Assembly: GCA_002104905.1 (NCBI GenBank)
Contig: MCFE01000049.1
Coordinates: 1-64,000 of the forward strand
From: Basidiobolus meristosporus CBS 931.73
Taxonomy: Eukaryota; Fungi; Basidiobolomycota
Direction: 5' to 3'
Length of the DNA: 64,000 nt
Below, piece after piece: positions 11,478 through 24,657 of the stretch. Numbering within the stretch: position 1 is the first letter of the stretch; every line of letters begins with the position of its first letter. Under the pieces are notes generated by a model. That model saw only the letters and a list, made by a program, of their open reading frames with translations. It was not told the DNA's origin and made no database searches. Made by a program: the position numbers and the translations under genes.

Positions 11478-14380
11478 GTAATTACCATATGAAAGTTGAT
11501 CATTTGTGACAGCTAATAATAGATTTTGAGAAGTGATAAAGTAAACCATTACTGGGATTAGTCATGTTTGGGTATCAAATTTAATTAGTAATTGCCAAGA
11601 GACTGAATTAATTGAAATCAGTTTGGGTGTTGATAGGTGCATAAGATAACAAAAATTGCATCAACAATCAGCTGATGTCTTGGCAACTGCTAAGTGGTTG
11701 GATGGATCTCAGATGGCTAATCACTTGGAAAGGCTTAGCAGATTAGTTGAGGACATAATGGCCACATGAAAATTGATCAGGTGTGACAGCCAAAAATAGA
11801 TTCCAAGAGTGATAGAATAAGCTATAACTGCAATTAGTTATGCTTGGGCTAGGGAAAATCAGTTAGGGTACTAGATTTTCTAACAAAGTAAAATTGGCTA
11901 AGCTTTAAATGTTGATGCACAACACTGTTGACTTGACCATATGTACTCCATTTTGAATTTTGGAGTGTATTAATGTTCTATGCATATAGTAAACATACTT
12001 CTTCCTCTTGTAGAGCCCAATTGAATTCAATTGTTGACAAGCTGGCCAGATAGCTGTCAATAGATACAAAATAAGCTGCAATTAGCATGCACAATTAAGT
12101 AATTGAGCAATAGTATTGCAGCTAATTTAGCTATACTAATTGGCCCACTGATTTCGGATATCGCCATACATCTGAGTATTGTACCAGGAAAGTACAAGAT
12201 AAACCTGGCCTGTAAGTCGCCGTTTTCTATTCACCAATCAGCCAAGTAACATGCGCCAATAATTTGGCACTAAACCACAAGATATTACAGAAATGTAGAT
12301 TCCGGCTTAATCTCTATAACATAATGATCTAATTACCTATTGCCATATATAATTACAAATAGCAAGTGAGGCCATTCTCACTAGAAGACATGCAATTGGG
12401 ATGTATATCCAATATTATTTCCAATTGTGTGGACATAGGTGTAGGTCGCTTTATTTATAAGTGTATTCGTACATATATTAAGCTACATTTTAACTGAATC
12501 TGACAATGGTATTGTATATTAGCAAAAACCACTAAACACCAATGAGGTGGCACATTCTAGTGACTCTCACTCCCCTTAACCGAAATGAGTCGTGATCTTC
12601 CAGTCATGGGGTGTTACGGGAGCTTGTGTAACAGATGAGGTTACCTAAAATAGTGAATTAGGTAACTGTACCCCCAAATAAGGGACTGAATAAAGGTAAC
12701 GTATGGCTCTTTTTGTTCAATTTACCTATTTGGACATATGGAGAACACAAGTGGCCCGTATCTCAAGTTTGGTTCGCTGGGTTGATGTGGTATTCCCTGA
12801 TAAAGTTTGAAGATTATCAGTTTCACCGACACATATGTTTTTGTCATGGAGACTAGCGAAGCACATTCATTTATGGTACTTGCACCACCTATATCCTCTA
12901 TTCGCGTTGTGTCTTTCATTGGAATAGCACTCTTCAAGTTTACTCGCTTTATCACTACGAAAAGTAAGCTGGCCATATCGATAGGCTCGGTCTAAAACGT
13001 TGATGCAATGGATCCTTGGAGTAGGAGTTGCCGACTGGTTAGCTGGACAGGTGCATCGTCATAAAATCGGGAATCTACCCTTCAATTGGCTTTGGTCTCG
13101 CGTATTATCTGGTTTTAGGAGCCTAACACTGGTTTGTAAATACAGCCGCCCTACAGTTACATGGCTCCAGCCTGAACTCTACCTCCTGTCGAGTCCAACT
13201 ATACACTTTACGTACATGCCAAGGAACATCATCAGCAGAAGTACGAGCTCAAGTCGAATATGCTTAATACTGGGGTATCCCTACCAAAGATTCAATACAG
13301 CCCTAGGCGACTATTTTGGTGCAGGCTCCAGCCATTTCCAGCTCACTTTGCCCATCGCCTTCTGAGTCTGTACCCCTTACCTATGGGTTAATTATTGCTG
13401 TGAAAGGGTGGTGTGACCTGAGTAGAGGGGCCTCTGATCGCGCAGGCATTTGCAGTGTTCATCATGAGGCCCTAACTCAATCTGATTGAGGCTTTGGAAA
13501 TGTTACGACTATCATTGCTCACATCAAGTTCAATTTGTGTTGGTGCCTCAACTATCATAATACACCACCAATATGAATCCGGCAACAGAACAAACCTAAA
13601 TTAATGTGACTGTTGATTGGCAAAAGAAGCCATGCTACATTATTCCGCTATACAATCATCATTGATACTGTGAGACCTATTAAAAGATCGATACTGTTAC
13701 ATCCAATTAGTGGATTAATATTGATCATAGCCTTTTCCTCACAGATCTGAGAATCAATCAAACAAAGGTATTTTCAATCACCTAAATGCACTACAGAACA
13801 AATCCCTTTATTTAATAAGCCTAAAAAGAATTCAGGATCGGGCGAAGCTGTCTCTTCATGTATTTCATTAATAGCATTTAGTGAAAATTCGTAAATCTTT
13901 CCTTCCCTTTCCGCACACTGGATAACTTCTCCTTTATCACCCCCTTCTATAGCTTTTCTTGATTTTGTTAATATATCAAGACTATCTTTTATTTAGTCAT
14001 AGGTATTGTTTGTTAACACTCTACTTTGGGAGCTCATTATTTGTAACTACTGGCACCTCTTTTGGTTTCTGGTCAATACCTTTCAAAATCCCTCTTCACT
14101 TAAGCTTGTTGAGCTTGTGGCATATAATCCCTGGTGCTTAGCGCTCCAAGTAGCCCGAACTACAGTGCCTTATTTCACCTCCTAGTACTAGCTAGAGGCC
14201 ATTTCTACGTCTGAAAGTAGTTTTACAGTAATTGTTACACCACCTCTACTTTCTGCGGATTTGTCCGTTCAGGAACTTTGATACACCTCACGTGAATCCC
14301 ATTTACTTAGAAGGTATTTATGCGTGTTTACCCCTTTTAAGTGGTAAAGCTGAAAAGTATGTCTTGAACAGCAGTCGTAA

Positions 14381-16206
14381 ATGGGTGCTCTATGTTGTAA
14401 AGAGGAGGAAATTGACTTTTCTAATGAAGGTAATCTCATCAACGATATCCACTCTTATCAATCAAGCTAACTATTGCCTCTATTCCTACTTCAGTGGAGC
14501 TCTATCACTTCAATCTCTTACGCTCTGTTGGAAAAGGAGCTTTTGGAAAAGTAATAGTTGATAACTTATATATTTCCAATTTCCCGCTCTAATATATTAT
14601 TTATTCACATGTATATTAGGTTCGCATAGTACAGCACAAACGCACCAAGCAACTATATGCTTTGAAATATATCAATAAGCATCGTTGTATTCGTATGAGG
14701 GCAGTTGAGAATATCATCCAGGAGAGACGCTTGTTAGAAGAAATTGATTTTCCATTAGTTTGCAATCTACGCTATGCATTCCAAGACGACGAAAATATGT
14801 TTATGGTGCTGGATTTGATGCTTGGTGGAGACTTGAGGTTCCATCTGGACCGTCAAGGGCCTATGCGAGAGGAAGTTGTGCGGTTTTACGTAGCGGAAAT
14901 CGCCCTTGGCCTGCGTTATTTACACTCGAAGCACATTGTGCACAGGTATGAAACTCTTAGGATACTGTTTTGAACTATTTCTTATTCTAATTGGGGTGTT
15001 GATGATAGGGATCTCAAGCCAGACAACATACTATTGGATGAGAAGGGGCACGCGCATCTAACGGACTTTAATATTGCTGTTCAGTACAAAGATAAGGCCC
15101 TTAAATCAGTAGCTGGCTCTTTGGCCTATATGGGTATTTTTGTTGGTGTTGTTTTATATATTGCAAGCAACTACTAATACCAATATTCTTTATCAGCCCC
15201 AGAGGTTTTGAGCAAAAAAGGATATTATGGAACGGTGGACTGGTGGAGTCTTGGAGTTGTTGCCTACGAACTTCTTTTTGGCAAGGTATAACAATGAGCA
15301 GTTGTCAACATTGTAGCCTTCAAGTACTCACCTTACCAATTTTTCTCGATTAGCGCCCTTTTCGCGCCAAGACTAATGATGCGTTAACAGCAGCAATCAT
15401 GAATGAGGACCTCACATTCCCCACTGGAGCTCAAGACGTTGTTACAGAAGATGCTATGGATGCTATTCGTGGGGTAACATAGCCGACACTATCAACAAAG
15501 CCGAAGATATTAATGCCATTATTGTTGCCAAACACTAGCTGTGCGAACGGGATATCCAAAAACGCCTTGGTTGCGGGGATGGTGGATTTGAGCGCATGAA
15601 AGAACACCCATGGTTCAAAGATATCGAGTGGGAGAAGCTTCCTACGAAAGAGGCCAAGCCTCCGTTTGAGCCAGATGTATGTAGCGATAAACCATCAACT
15701 ACTGAATCACTTACTTATTTCATATGCAGTCCAAGCATGCCAACTTTGATGCCACTCATGAATTGGAGGAACTACTCTTGGAAGATAACCCATTGAAAGC
15801 ACGGAAGCGGAAGGATCCATCTAAGCGTACCAAGCCACTTCCGAAAGAGATGCAAGTGATGGAGGAGCGTTTTCTTATGTATGACTACACTCGTCCCAAG
15901 ATCGTGCAGAGGGTACTTAGCCATGAGAGTAGCTACATGGATTTGACAGCACCAGACAAGACTGCATTAGACGCTTTAAAAACAGTGGATACATTTACGA
16001 TGGGAACTCTTTCTCAAATCAGTGGATATACCATCTCCACGGAATTTAGTACCGTCCCTTTACCAAGCGCTGGAATTAGCAATGGAGCAGTCACAAGCAA
16101 TACATATAATACACGTGCATATAACGATGACATGCAATTACTTCCAGTTTCGTCAGCGAGCCAAGACCCGGCCAACAAGCTTTCGGTATCAAACGGTCAA
16201 GCATGA
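14381..16206 (+). CDS. AGC-group Ser/Thr kinase, STK32/YANK-like (multi-exon)
   Basis: Spliced [63 protein letters not shown]; GT-AG introns. Confidence 0.9.
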
Positions 16207-17200
16207 TGTCTAGTTCTGATAGCGCGTATCTGATTGTCCAACATTTCACTGGTCTTCTGATGGTGCATTTCCATTAGTATCCATATTTTGTTATTATGAC
16301 CCTGCCTTCATTTGAACTGGCGGTAAGTTACTAATTTGTGGTTTCTGGATTTCGGTTATTCATCATGTTGTTTAGACGAATGAAAATCCCTTTGGAGACA
16401 TTGTCGCCTTCTGTAATATCAGAAGCCCGCTAGTTTGTCCATACACTAGCGGTTACGTATCTTCTCTTTACCCATGATTTTTCGGTTATCCCATTCCCAT
16501 ACATCTACTTCAATTTCTAGTTTCATCATATGATATCGATACCTGGTTTTATTCCAGGCAACTTGATACGCTTAACTTTTATGAACGCTGTGATCCGTTT
16601 TTCATCCCGCTCCAGGTTCTCCATTTTAGGTGAAGCGCACACATCTTGCTTTACCTACCTACATGGTCACAGCACATCGCGTTCTCTTAGTTACTTACTC
16701 TAATCCTAAAGTATTACACTTGAAATTCGTTGTACATACTCGTACAGAACCATATATCTCTTCCCTAATGGTCGGTTTTGACATTGTATCAAGCACATCA
16801 GCCGATAAAATCCTCCTGATACTATATGAAATTACATTATCTTTTTTTTACGTTTCGGGTAATAAGCTCACATACCAAGGAGGGTGTTTGACCTCTTCAT
16901 CAGTTGTTGCTATAGTGATTGGATGGCTATTCATTAAATGGCTAATCATTCGATTGAATGATGGCGTTTCTAAGGATTTTGAGCACGGTCAGTGATCTGG
17001 ATTCGATTCTGCCGTAGTACTTGTTGTTGGTGCTGGCACATGGAGTGATACTCGGATTTAACTGATTCATAGAGATCCCAGCCCGTAGTATGTAGCACCT
17101 AACAGTTAGAGATGATAAGGAAAACACCATCCACCATACTGTTGCTACGATCGGCATTCTAAGCCACACTTTGCATGGTCCACATGAAACGTAGACCTGT

Positions 17201-17206
17201 CACGTG
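17201..17206. promoter_or_regulatory. CACGTG E-box (Pho4-type site) upstream of VTC1
   Basis: GTCACGTGG about 146 bp before the VTC1 ATG. Confidence 0.4.
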
Positions 17207-17351
17207 GTTTCCGGTTTGTCAACAGATTCCTTACAAATTGTTTAGCTAATCTATATTTACATTCGCTCCTTGATGCAAGACAAGGCCTTCAAGTGAATAC
17301 ATAGAACAAGAGTTGCTTTTCAATAGTTCCATATAGATCACACCCCAAAAT

Positions 17352-17857
17352 ATGTCTACGACAGAGCAGTTGGCCCCAGAAGCACCTGCGGAAACGTCTT
17401 TCCAACGCTTGATGAACACGATCTCACAACTCTCTTTCAACCCTAGGGTAGAAAGCAGAGAAGCCGAGTCTCAAGAGAAGCTGGAGATCAAAGCTTACTT
17501 CGCCAATGAGCGGACATTTCTCTCTTGGATGCAATTATGCACTTTGTTGGGTGGTGTGGCCTTGAGTTTATTGAATTTTGGTGGGATTGGAAGCCAGGTG
17601 TCTGCTGTAGTGTTGACCGTCATAACTTTCTGCATTATCTTCTATGCTTTCTATTTGTATCGTTGGCGAGCGGGTAAAATCTATCGTAAAGAACACGGAA
17701 CATTCGGTAAGGGTCTATGTTCTTCTGGTACTTTGAGCGCTTTGCTAACTTCGATTAACATCCAGATGAGCCTAACGGACCTGTGGTCTTAGCTATTACG
17801 CTGTTCATCACTTTCTTGCTCAACTTCGTCTTCACCTTTATATTTGATAAGAGCTGA
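17352..17857 (+). CDS. VTC1: Vacuolar transporter chaperone subunit, DUF202 family (one intron)
   Basis: YFANERTFLSW motif, three hydrophobic segments; second exon DEPNGPVVLAITLFITFLLNF. Confidence 0.88.
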
Positions 17858-18559
17858 GGTCGATATACTCGTGTATGGAATACAGCAGTATTGTGACTGC
17901 CACGGAAGTCTTGTCTATACCAATGGACTCGAAACGAAATTATTTATAAGCCAATATAATATATATAAGCATGTATACCCATCAGCACAAAATCCAAACT
18001 AACATTCCAGCTATGTAAAAACCCTTATGTTTTGCGAATAAACCACCTTTCAAACTTCCAAATTGCAACTCGCGTGCCCCATGGACGATCATTGCATAGG
18101 GTGCTTTGACATTTGGATAGCCATGGATGTCAAGGCATGGTGGTGATACGAGAGGCATATTTTAGGAAAAATTTTATTAAATTATAACCCAAAATTACTG
18201 AAGCAGTGCTATATCAGATAAGTCGAAGTCAAATGAAGGGGGAAGGTATAATCCAGAGACAAGATGAGCGACAGAGCGTGATCAACTTGTGTAGCGAGTG
18301 AGAATAATACAGAGAAACAATATAACTAGGAGCTAAAGTCCTCCTTGAGGTAAGCAAGGGGGTTGGTGCAAATGTAGGGAACTTTGAAGAAACGGTGCAT
18401 TTTTGAGAAGGGCGAATTGAATGAAGATTGGTTGGGCTAGGCGGCAAACAAGCTGACTACCTTGCGAAATTCCCGAGGGTTTCGTTTATAAAGAATCTGG
18501 CCGCAGTTCAAACATCCTAGGTAGCCCCTGTACTTCCTAATACACGAGTCATTGTCATA

Positions 18560-21500
18560 CTAGCGTTTCTCCTTCACGAACATCTGAAGGCAAACAAAGG
18601 ATAAGATAATAAAAATGCAGAACATCGAAGACAGCTTGATCACATCTGGCCAGAAGTTGGCTGCGTTAAATCCGAAGGTCGACAAGATCGTCGCGCCGGG
18701 AATGTCGATTTGTAAGCCGTACTTCTTCTCCGTCAATTGAAGATACTTCATTTCATTGACGAGCATAGCCTCCAGCGCGTAATTGAAGAACGATAAATCC
18801 TTCAACCACGTTAGATACGAAGGGATGGAGTCCTTGTTGAGAAGCAAGCCGCCGAACAGCATGCTGAAAAGCATCACAAGGCTGCTCAACAGATTGGCCA
18901 CTGACACTTCTTTGAACAGAATTCCTAGGAATAAGGAAATACTGGCGGCAGTCAGGTTGAACATTACAAGGACGAGCAAGAACTTCAAGAAATGCTCCAT
19001 GCCGGGTGCCAGACCAACCATGTTATAGATGATCACTCCCAAAAGGATCGGAGGAACAACTCGCAACGGGACAATATCAAACATCACCTTCGAGGCAAAG
19101 TACGTAATAGGAGCATAATAGCCATTGGCGCGCTCGCGAACGAACAGTATCCTCTCGCTTGCAAATACTTGAAGTGATGTGAGGCATCCGAATCCGAACA
19201 ATGCGCAAACGAAGAAGAAGACGCCCATGCGGTTCTGGAATCCTGCGATATCGTTGGTGACCTGGTAGAATAGGAGACCGCATAGCACGGCCAAGAAAAC
19301 GCTGATCACATAATGAGTCAACATCAGGTAGGGATTCCGGTATAGGTTCTTGAATGTGCGATCTGACAATATTCTATACTGGGTATACCATGAGGAGCGA
19401 CGATAGGTTCCAATGATGGGCAGATTGGCGTTATCGGTCTGGCTTGCGCTCACAATCCGCTCAATTTCATCTACAATGTTACGCGCCATATTGCAGCGTT
19501 TGTACTCTCTAACAAGCATGAGCAAGTGGCTAGACATTCCATCGATCGTCTCAGAATCCCTAGTAGAGGGAGTTGGGTTTCCATTGTTTCCAGCCCATGG
19601 GCTTACTTCCGTCTGCCAGGGGTTGCTGGCCTCGGGTGGAGCGGCGACAGGGTGCAGGTCGTCAAATGGGTTGGCTGTAGAGGTACGGCGCGGAGAATAT
19701 AGGGAGTCCTCTTGCATAACACGAATGGAACGTCTACGGTCACGCGACGTCTCAGGCTCTGCCACGCTGTTGGAGGTGGTCAACCCAGGGATAAGCTCCT
19801 CGTCATCTTCGAAATCTTCCTCGGGGGGCTTGACGGCATGTTTACTCAGGTCAACCACAAAATCAGCAATGTTGAATCCGAGGGGGCATGGATGTCCAAT
19901 GCTATCGAAATGGGCACGAACTTTGGAGGCCAAGCCCGAATAAATCATCCACCCATCAGCCAAGAGAACCAGTTGATCGAACAAAGCGAAAATGTTGCTG
20001 CGGGGCTGATGGATGGTGAAAATCACCGTTCTATTGTAGTTCCGCGCCAGCGTAACCAAACATTCAATGACGTTATAAGCGTTATAGGCATCCAAACCCG
20101 AGGTTGGCTCATCAAGAAAGAGAATGGATGGAGAAGTTACCAGCTCACAAGCGATGGATACGCGACGTTTCTCGCCACCGGAAATACCACGCGCGCCAGA
20201 GTCCCCAATCAAGCTATCCTTGATCCCCAAAATACCCAGTTCAGACATAGTTTCATAAACACGATGCTTCTTGGCCTCCAAAGACATGTTGCGTGGAAGA
20301 CGTAGCAAAGCGGAATAGAGGATCGTTTCGTAGACCGTGAGCGTAGACATCAAGGTGTCTTCCTGGTCGACATAGCCAACAACCCGCTTGAATTGAGAAT
20401 CACTAACCACTCTCCCATTAACATATATATCACCAGTAACCAAGCCCGATTTGTTTTTGCGGGCAAGGATATCCAAGAATGTGGTTTTTCCGGCACCTGT
20501 GCGAAGTGCAATCAAGTTAGTTGTCGGGTGTAAATGGTGTATGGTTGAGCTGCAAATTACCAGAGGCGCCCATGATGGCCATTACTTGTCCAGGCTTCAC
20601 GATACCATGCACATTGTTTAGAACTTGTTTCTTCCCAACCAAATAGTTAACGCCTCTGAACATGAGGGTGGCAGGAGTATGGTTGTCCATCAGTTTGCCG
20701 GCCTCATCGTCAGGATTATACGAGTCAAGAGGCAGATAATCACTAGGGTTTTCTTTGTTCTTGCGAGCAAGGTACACGGCGCCTACCAAAGAAATCAGGA
20801 TCAAGCAAAGAGGTGGAGCACAAAAATGGCCAACATACCTACGCCAATTCCGATTACGAAAAGCAGAACGGATACAATGGAGACGATCATGAGAGGGGTG
20901 TTTTTGGGCTTTTCAGGTCTCTACATCGGCACCGCGGTTAGTCATGTAACAAACAAATAGGAGTGAAAACGGGCAACATACAACGTAACCAGGAACTTGG
21001 GTGTAATGCAAGCACTCGCCAGAGTGGCAATCCAAGGTGATGTATGAGTCGCCGAAAACAGACAAGATTAAATCGTTCATGGCCGGTTCTATACATGATA
21101 ACTAAGAATCAACGGTCACTGGGCACATGTATCATGGATAGTTACCCTCAAATCTACACCCGTCTTTGGTGTTGCACTTGAAAGATGCAGGTCCTTCAAT
21201 ATCTTCCTCCAAAAACTCCGAAATATCTAGACATATGAGGATCCAAAGCTGGTTAGCAATGAGTGCGAGCGCCATTACCCATTCCACACATACCAATCGA
21301 GCCTTCTTGTCCACATAGGATCTGACCGGGCATACACTTGCAGCGAATATTCGGGCAAGTGTAGTATGTAGCATTCCCATCATAGCTATGATCTAAATGC
21401 GAGGGGGGTTAACCATCAAGTTATTAATCGAAGACTGCTCAAGATTGGAACATTACCTTCACGGAATTTGCAATGATCGAGAGTACAATAAAAGGATTCA

Positions 21501-22422
21501 ATCTGATCAATCCAAACTAGTTTACACCAGTGTTGTTAGAGTGAGACAATGCGCCATTTTGTGAGTATATCTTACATTGGAATCCACAGGTTTTCTCGTT
21601 AGCATTGCAATTGAAGGTGACTTGGGGAGGCTGGTTCGGTAACATGTCGATAATCTTTTTATCTGTATACGATACTACAATTAGTTGCTGCATTGTTTGG
21701 ACGACAAGAAACACACTTACTGGTCACATCGCAAACTTGGTAATTATTAAATACAACTAATCCACCCTTATAGCAGGTTCCGTTTTGTCCAGTCGGCACA
21801 AGAGAATTACAAGCCTGGTCGGTTTCGCATACTGCCAGAGTATTAGCTACTGCGTGAAAACGGCCTGAGCTATAGTCACGGAGTACGTACCATTACAATT
21901 GATGCCACCCCAACCATCAGAACATTGACATTCTTTTCCTTGCCTTACTTTTCGATCTTGCCCATCAGCCAAGGAGTTACATACTAAGGAGATGGTGCTT
22001 AAAAATGTGTCCTTTTTACCGCCACACCAAATTCAATATATACCTGGCTTAGAGCAATCATCGCCTCCAAAACCTTCTGGGCAATTACAACGGCCATTGT
22101 ATTCATTACAATCGGCAAACTGGGTACAGGTGTCCGAAGGAAGCAGACAATTGAAGCAAGGAGGACACTGGTCTTCGGCTGTCTGGAAGGGGCTTCGCTT
22201 TTGAAGCGTGGAGTAAAACTGTTTGCGAAGGAGTTGAGATGGCTGTACCGCAATCGGGGAAGCATCTTTGAGTATACGCTCAGCATCTTCTTGCGGAATG
22301 TCGCGAGAGAGGTGTAGCGGCTGCGGAAATAAGGTGCCTTCATCTGCAAGTTGAGGCTTTCGAGCAGTCACGCCGAAATGTAACTGCGTTCCTAGCAACA
22401 GCAATGAAGCAAAACGCAACAT
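18560..22422 (-). CDS. ADP1: ABCG half-transporter with N-terminal EGF-like Cys-rich ectodomain (multi-exon)
   Basis: Signal peptide, CPPCFNC and EGF repeats, Walker A GASGAGKT across an intron, [19 protein letters not shown]-terminal TMD. Confidence 0.95.
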
Positions 22423-24657
22423 CTAGGGAAGGGGCTCTGTAGTGTAGGAGAAACTGGGATTTACAAGAAGTAGAGAAAACTTGAGAATATACGTAACCAA
22501 ACTCTATCCCTACTTGGAATTGTTCTGAGGAATAAAAGGAACAATTAGAACTATCTTGTCCTACGATCAAAAATATCTCATCAAGTGTTGACTCTGCACT
22601 TGACCAACTCAGAACCCTTTACCTTATTTTATACAAACATAGAGTTGATTATTTTGTATAGAATCGACGTTTCACTCCAATTGCAGTTACATTTCCATTT
22701 ACAAATCACATTGAAGGCAAGTTTCCGAGCTATTAGATCCAATGAGCGGACCGAAAAATTGGACACCAATTACGAACCATTGGTTTGAGGATTGTGGATT
22801 GTGTGGTAAAGCCTCACCTGGCCGAGAGAAATGCAGGGCATGCGGAGACCATGGGCTTGACCTGTGCTGACATGCTATGCAAACAGACTCCGAAGCACCC
22901 ATATGAAGCACCAGCTGGACGACACAGCAGCGCTTTCTGAGCGCCTATCCCTCAGTCGCAAGCCCCACACACCATCATAACACGGTTTCGCTTTGTGCTC
23001 ACCTGATAATGACAACGCGTGCGGAAGGCTCTCCCAACATGCTTGCCTATTGACCGTTGCAAAGCACAGGATGCCCAAGCACAGCTGGGCGAACCCTCGA
23101 CTCCATGACGGGCACCGTGTCTCGAGGCCAGGCTACCTCGGAGTGATTTTGGAGCGATGATATCACCGATACGTAAATCAGGCATGTATTCAACCATTCA
23201 GCAATATAGACGATGACAAGCTTCCTGTGACTAACCAGGATTACCTCACATTAAGCCACATATATGTGGCCAATTCAGTTCCATTTTTCCTTGATCATTC
23301 AACCCTTCTGTATGATGGATTTAGCCAGTCAACCGAGCTCCTCACGGGATAAGCGAGGTTGGATTGGCGAGCAGCCATCACTAGACTGCGAGTACAAGGT
23401 CGAATGGACATATGGAATCTCACCTGTTGCCTGTCTATCCCAAAGAGTAATTTGCACTTGCTACTCTTGGAATTATCTATCCATATATGATAGATCAGCC
23501 CCTAAATACGAAAGGGAACTGGTCGATTGATTTGGTCGAATATTTCCAATGTGGCTCTGATTGCTTTCTTGGTTTGTAACGGATGGTAACTATGATCACT
23601 CATGTGACCTAGTGATGGATAGAGTAGGAACAGGTGCCATATCGGGCCTGCTAGTAGCCCGGTCCAAAGGCAAGGTGGCTTTCGACAGTGATCAATAGCT
23701 GCATGGGGACATTTCTGGCTAGGATGGTCTTGATGTATCTGCGGAATTTCTAGACGCTCATAGTGCATTTCCTAATCAGTCCGTATGCTTTTAGCCTTTT
23801 AAGTGCAAAAATTAGATTCAAGCAAAGTGAAATCGTTTCAAGCAGCAAATCTACACCCACTCATGCTGACACTTCCGCTCAAAGCACAAGCCGTTCACAT
23901 ACCAGAAGCCCCCGGCATTCTGTGTTCGCAGGAGATTTTGATCTCCGATATCTTACACTCGAACTGCCTACCAAGCATCTGCCGCTTTCCTTAATGGGCT
24001 CCCAAGGTCTGCCTTAACGGTGGTTTTGCAGACATTCCTTAATCGATAGATTGTTCGGATTGATCATGTCGCATATTAATCTGATTTGCCGAGTAGATAA
24101 TCTCGTGTGCTCCAAGACAAGCCAAGTGTGAGGAGTTGTCATCGTCCAACGCAGCCAGCTGCCTTGGGAAAAAAGAGCCTGATGTTGCGGTCTGCTGCAA
24201 CCTTGTAATCCCTCAACCGCCCCTTGAGTAACCAGTATATCACTGGCCGGGCATGCTGGCTAGAGTAAAGAATACCAACCAGGGCCTGGCAAATGCTTAG
24301 CTGACCAAATGCCCCGAAACACCCTCGCTGGCCAGTTCACGGCACGGTTTGCGTGCAGTGTATCTCCACAAGAGTTACTTTGGATCTGGCCAGGGAAATG
24401 CGACACCAAGGCAGCGAGGAAATCAGGAATATTGCAATAGTATCCAGAAATCCCGCCCTATTTCTTTTAATTGGCTCGAGAAAACTCAATATATTGATTC
24501 CATTTAGGCTGCTCTCAATCTGTCATTTGACCAGATGCGGATAAGCTTGACCAGTTTATTTTCTCTATTCAACAGTTTTTTTCTTGGTGAAACTATATTC
24601 GTGCATCAATTGGAATATCTATTGAACTCCAGTTTCGACAAGTGATTAATTGCGCTC

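Larger units (their letters stand above)
1..12150. repeat. Nest of degenerate Ty1/copia LTR retrotransposons and other repeats, CpG-depleted
   Basis: Many ~350-bp related repeats with TGTTG...CAACA-type ends on both strands; interrupted gag/pol frames; CG dinucleotides scarce until ~12,150. Confidence 0.95.

Noticed and set aside
176-11481. Many 60-130 aa ORFs in the repeat nest (e.g. 1241-1636, 5680-5862, 8726-8944, 11290-11481)
   Set aside because: They are translations of LTR or foldback DNA; their mutual similarity reflects the repeats, not a protein family.
12700-13370. Minus-strand YRWCKYHK...HDKNIC resembling a gag zinc finger
   Set aside because: Frame is interrupted, spacing is non-canonical and no other retroelement motif is nearby.
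16972-17157. Possible spliced 48-aa antisense ORF divergent from VTC1
   Set aside because: Needs a 41-nt intron, shorter than the others seen here, and has no recognisable motif.
18783-20960. Long plus-strand ORFs overlapping the ABC transporter
   Set aside because: Antisense shadows of a coding gene; the same applies to those over the F-box, FOX2 and kelch genes.
22600-24400. LINE-like motifs (YLGVIL on plus, SDH on minus)
   Set aside because: Isolated short motifs on opposite strands with no continuous RT or endonuclease frame.
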